From positions 67,890,001 to 67,954,000 of the forward strand of contig OX638153.1 of the NCBI GenBank assembly GCA_951804945.1: a stretch of 64,000 nt of DNA, given 5' to 3'. The position numbers and the translations under genes were made by a program. Below, piece after piece: positions 62,315 to 64,000 of the stretch. The notes under the pieces were generated by a model, which was not told the origin of the DNA, ran no database searches, and saw only the letters and a list, made by a program, of their open reading frames with translations. Source of the stretch: Podarcis cretensis (Eukaryota). Positions within the stretch are counted from its first letter, which is position 1. Each line of letters opens with the position of its first letter.

Positions 62315-62416
62315 AGCTTCCTGCAGCCAATCAGAAGCTGCGATTTGGTTTTCGAACGTTTTGGAAGTCGAATGGATTTCCGGAAGGGATTCCATTCAAC
62401 TTCCAAGGTACAACTG
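62315..62416. mobile_element. Fragment of a mariner-type MITE (one end)
   Basis: Ends CCAAGGTACAACTG|TA; TTTTCGAACG motif shared with the 29.7-kb copy. Confidence 0.55.
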
Positions 62417-62519
62417 TAGTATTAGTAGTAATAGTAATAATATATTATTATGATGTCATTCTATGCCCAATTCCATCCCTTATTTGGAGGGAGGTTTTGA
62501 TTATTGCTGATTATCCAAT

Positions 62520-62842
62520 AAAGGTAAAGGTAAAGGTACCCCTGCCCGTACGGGCCAGTCTTGACAGACTCTGGGGTTGTGCGCCCATCTCACTTAAGAG
62601 GCCAGGGGCCAGCGCTGTCCGGAGACACTTCCGGGTCACGTGGCCAGCGTGACATCGCTGCTCTGGCGAGCCAGAGCCGCACACGGAAACGCCGTTTACC
62701 TTCCCGCTGGTAAGCGGTCCCTATTTATCTACTTGCACCCGGAGGTGCTTTCGAACTGCTAGGTTGGCAGGCGCTGGGACCGAGCAGCGGGAGCGCACCC
62801 CGCCGCAGGGATTCAAACCGCCGACCTTTCGATCGGCAAGTC
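62520..62842 (-). mobile_element. Sauria SINE, 5'-truncated, near-identical to the 22527-22890 copy
   Basis: (AAAGGT)n tail; reverse complement differs from the 22.5-kb copy at only two CpG positions that I could find. Confidence 0.92.
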
Positions 62843-63769
62843 ATTAGGTGTCTGCTGTACGTCTGTTTCCTCCCACCCCAAAGGTAGCCAGATAGCTTCT
62901 CAAAGAAAACAAAATCCACACAGGCTGTTTTTTGCACTAAACCGTTAAGAAAGTGAGCTGTTCTGCTAAATAATAGTGTCAATTTGCTTAGATATTTCCC
63001 CTGTTGAACTTCCAAGATGAGACACGAATCCTGAACTCGTAAGGCAAGATTCATTGAGAAGCCTACCTACAAGCACTGGGAGACCCCTCTAAACTTGGTA
63101 GTCAACATTTGGTTGCTATGGCGCTCAAGTTGAAAGCAATTAGAAGTTCTTTTCAGTTTAAAAGTAGAGAGCAAGGGGGAGGGATCCGCTTAAACAAACA
63201 CTGTGCATACTAATTAATGACCCGTCAGAATCTGGACGCTAATTATGCACACTGATTTGTTTGATGAGAGTTAGGAAGAGTGAATGTCATCACCTTGTAT
63301 TTTAGCACCTCTCGTAGTGTAACTCTTCTCTTTTTATCCTCTCCTCTTGAAAAGCCATTAGCAATGATAGCACCAGGATGGCAGTATTAAAAGCTGCCTT
63401 TGGGGAAACCAGCATGTCTCCTAGAATGCTCTAACAGCAGCACTTAAACTACCTTATATATCAGCTTTCAGAATAATGTTTGGTTGGGAAAAACTCCTCT
63501 TCAGCCTGAATGTCTTCCTTTCAAGCACTCCTTATGTTGTTATCAGACTTTGAGGTGGAATAACTGCATAGAATGCAAGGGACTTTTTCTGTTAAGGTTG
63601 TTAAGTTTTTGTTTAAAAATAGCATTGCATTTCCATGCTGCAAAAACTTTAGCCTGTTTAGTGTTCGTTCACTGAGTAGAAGAGTTTTTCCAGAAAAAAA
63701 GGTGACAACTCTAATCGGGTCATTATTATTTTATGCATGTTTTATTTGGTACTTAAATTAAATTGTGTG

Positions 63770-63772
<3 letters not shown>

Positions 63773-63804
<32 letters not shown>
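63773..63804. repeat. (AC)n microsatellite
   Basis: Seen directly in the sequence. Confidence 0.95.
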
Positions 63805-63807
<3 letters not shown>

Positions 63808-64000
63808 CCCCTAGTTTACATATGCAAGAAAACACAAGATGAAAGGAGGCAAGAAGGACAAGGGTGTGGGTGGGTGGGTTATATAAAACTGATGAACCAG
63901 GTCACACCTTCAGAAGAGTGGACAATCCCTGCAAGCTGATGGAAGTTTGCTTTTGCAAGATGTTATTTTAAAACATAAAATAAAATAAAAGCTACAGTGA

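Overview
Vertebrate genomic DNA, almost certainly from a squamate reptile. A lacertid lizard is inferred from the Sauria SINE, Bov-B, CR1 and TA-flanked CAGTGGTACCTC MITE content. One complete protein-coding gene can be built by hand: a 4-exon, 216-aa bHLH-Orange-WRPW factor of the Hes6-2/her8/her13 class (+ strand, CDS 57582-61547), with a TATA box, a CSL site, E-boxes and a polyA signal. A CpG island at about 20.6-21.8 kb looks like the promoter and non-coding first exon of an unidentified minus-strand gene whose coding exons were not found here. The rest is intronic or intergenic and dense with transposons. These include three L1-clade insertions with TSDs (one in a MITE>L1>MITE nest), three Bov-B 3' fragments, four Sauria SINEs (one with a 49-bp TSD), many mariner/pogo-type and hAT MITEs, and a probable solo LTR. 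Less expected items are a decayed Academ (XPG + Cys-cluster) transposase remnant, a Penelope-type remnant carrying a minimal hammerhead-ribozyme motif, and a composite TIR element that has captured an L2 tail. I cannot demonstrate a wholly new biological system from sequence alone. All family assignments come from motif recognition, not database searches.
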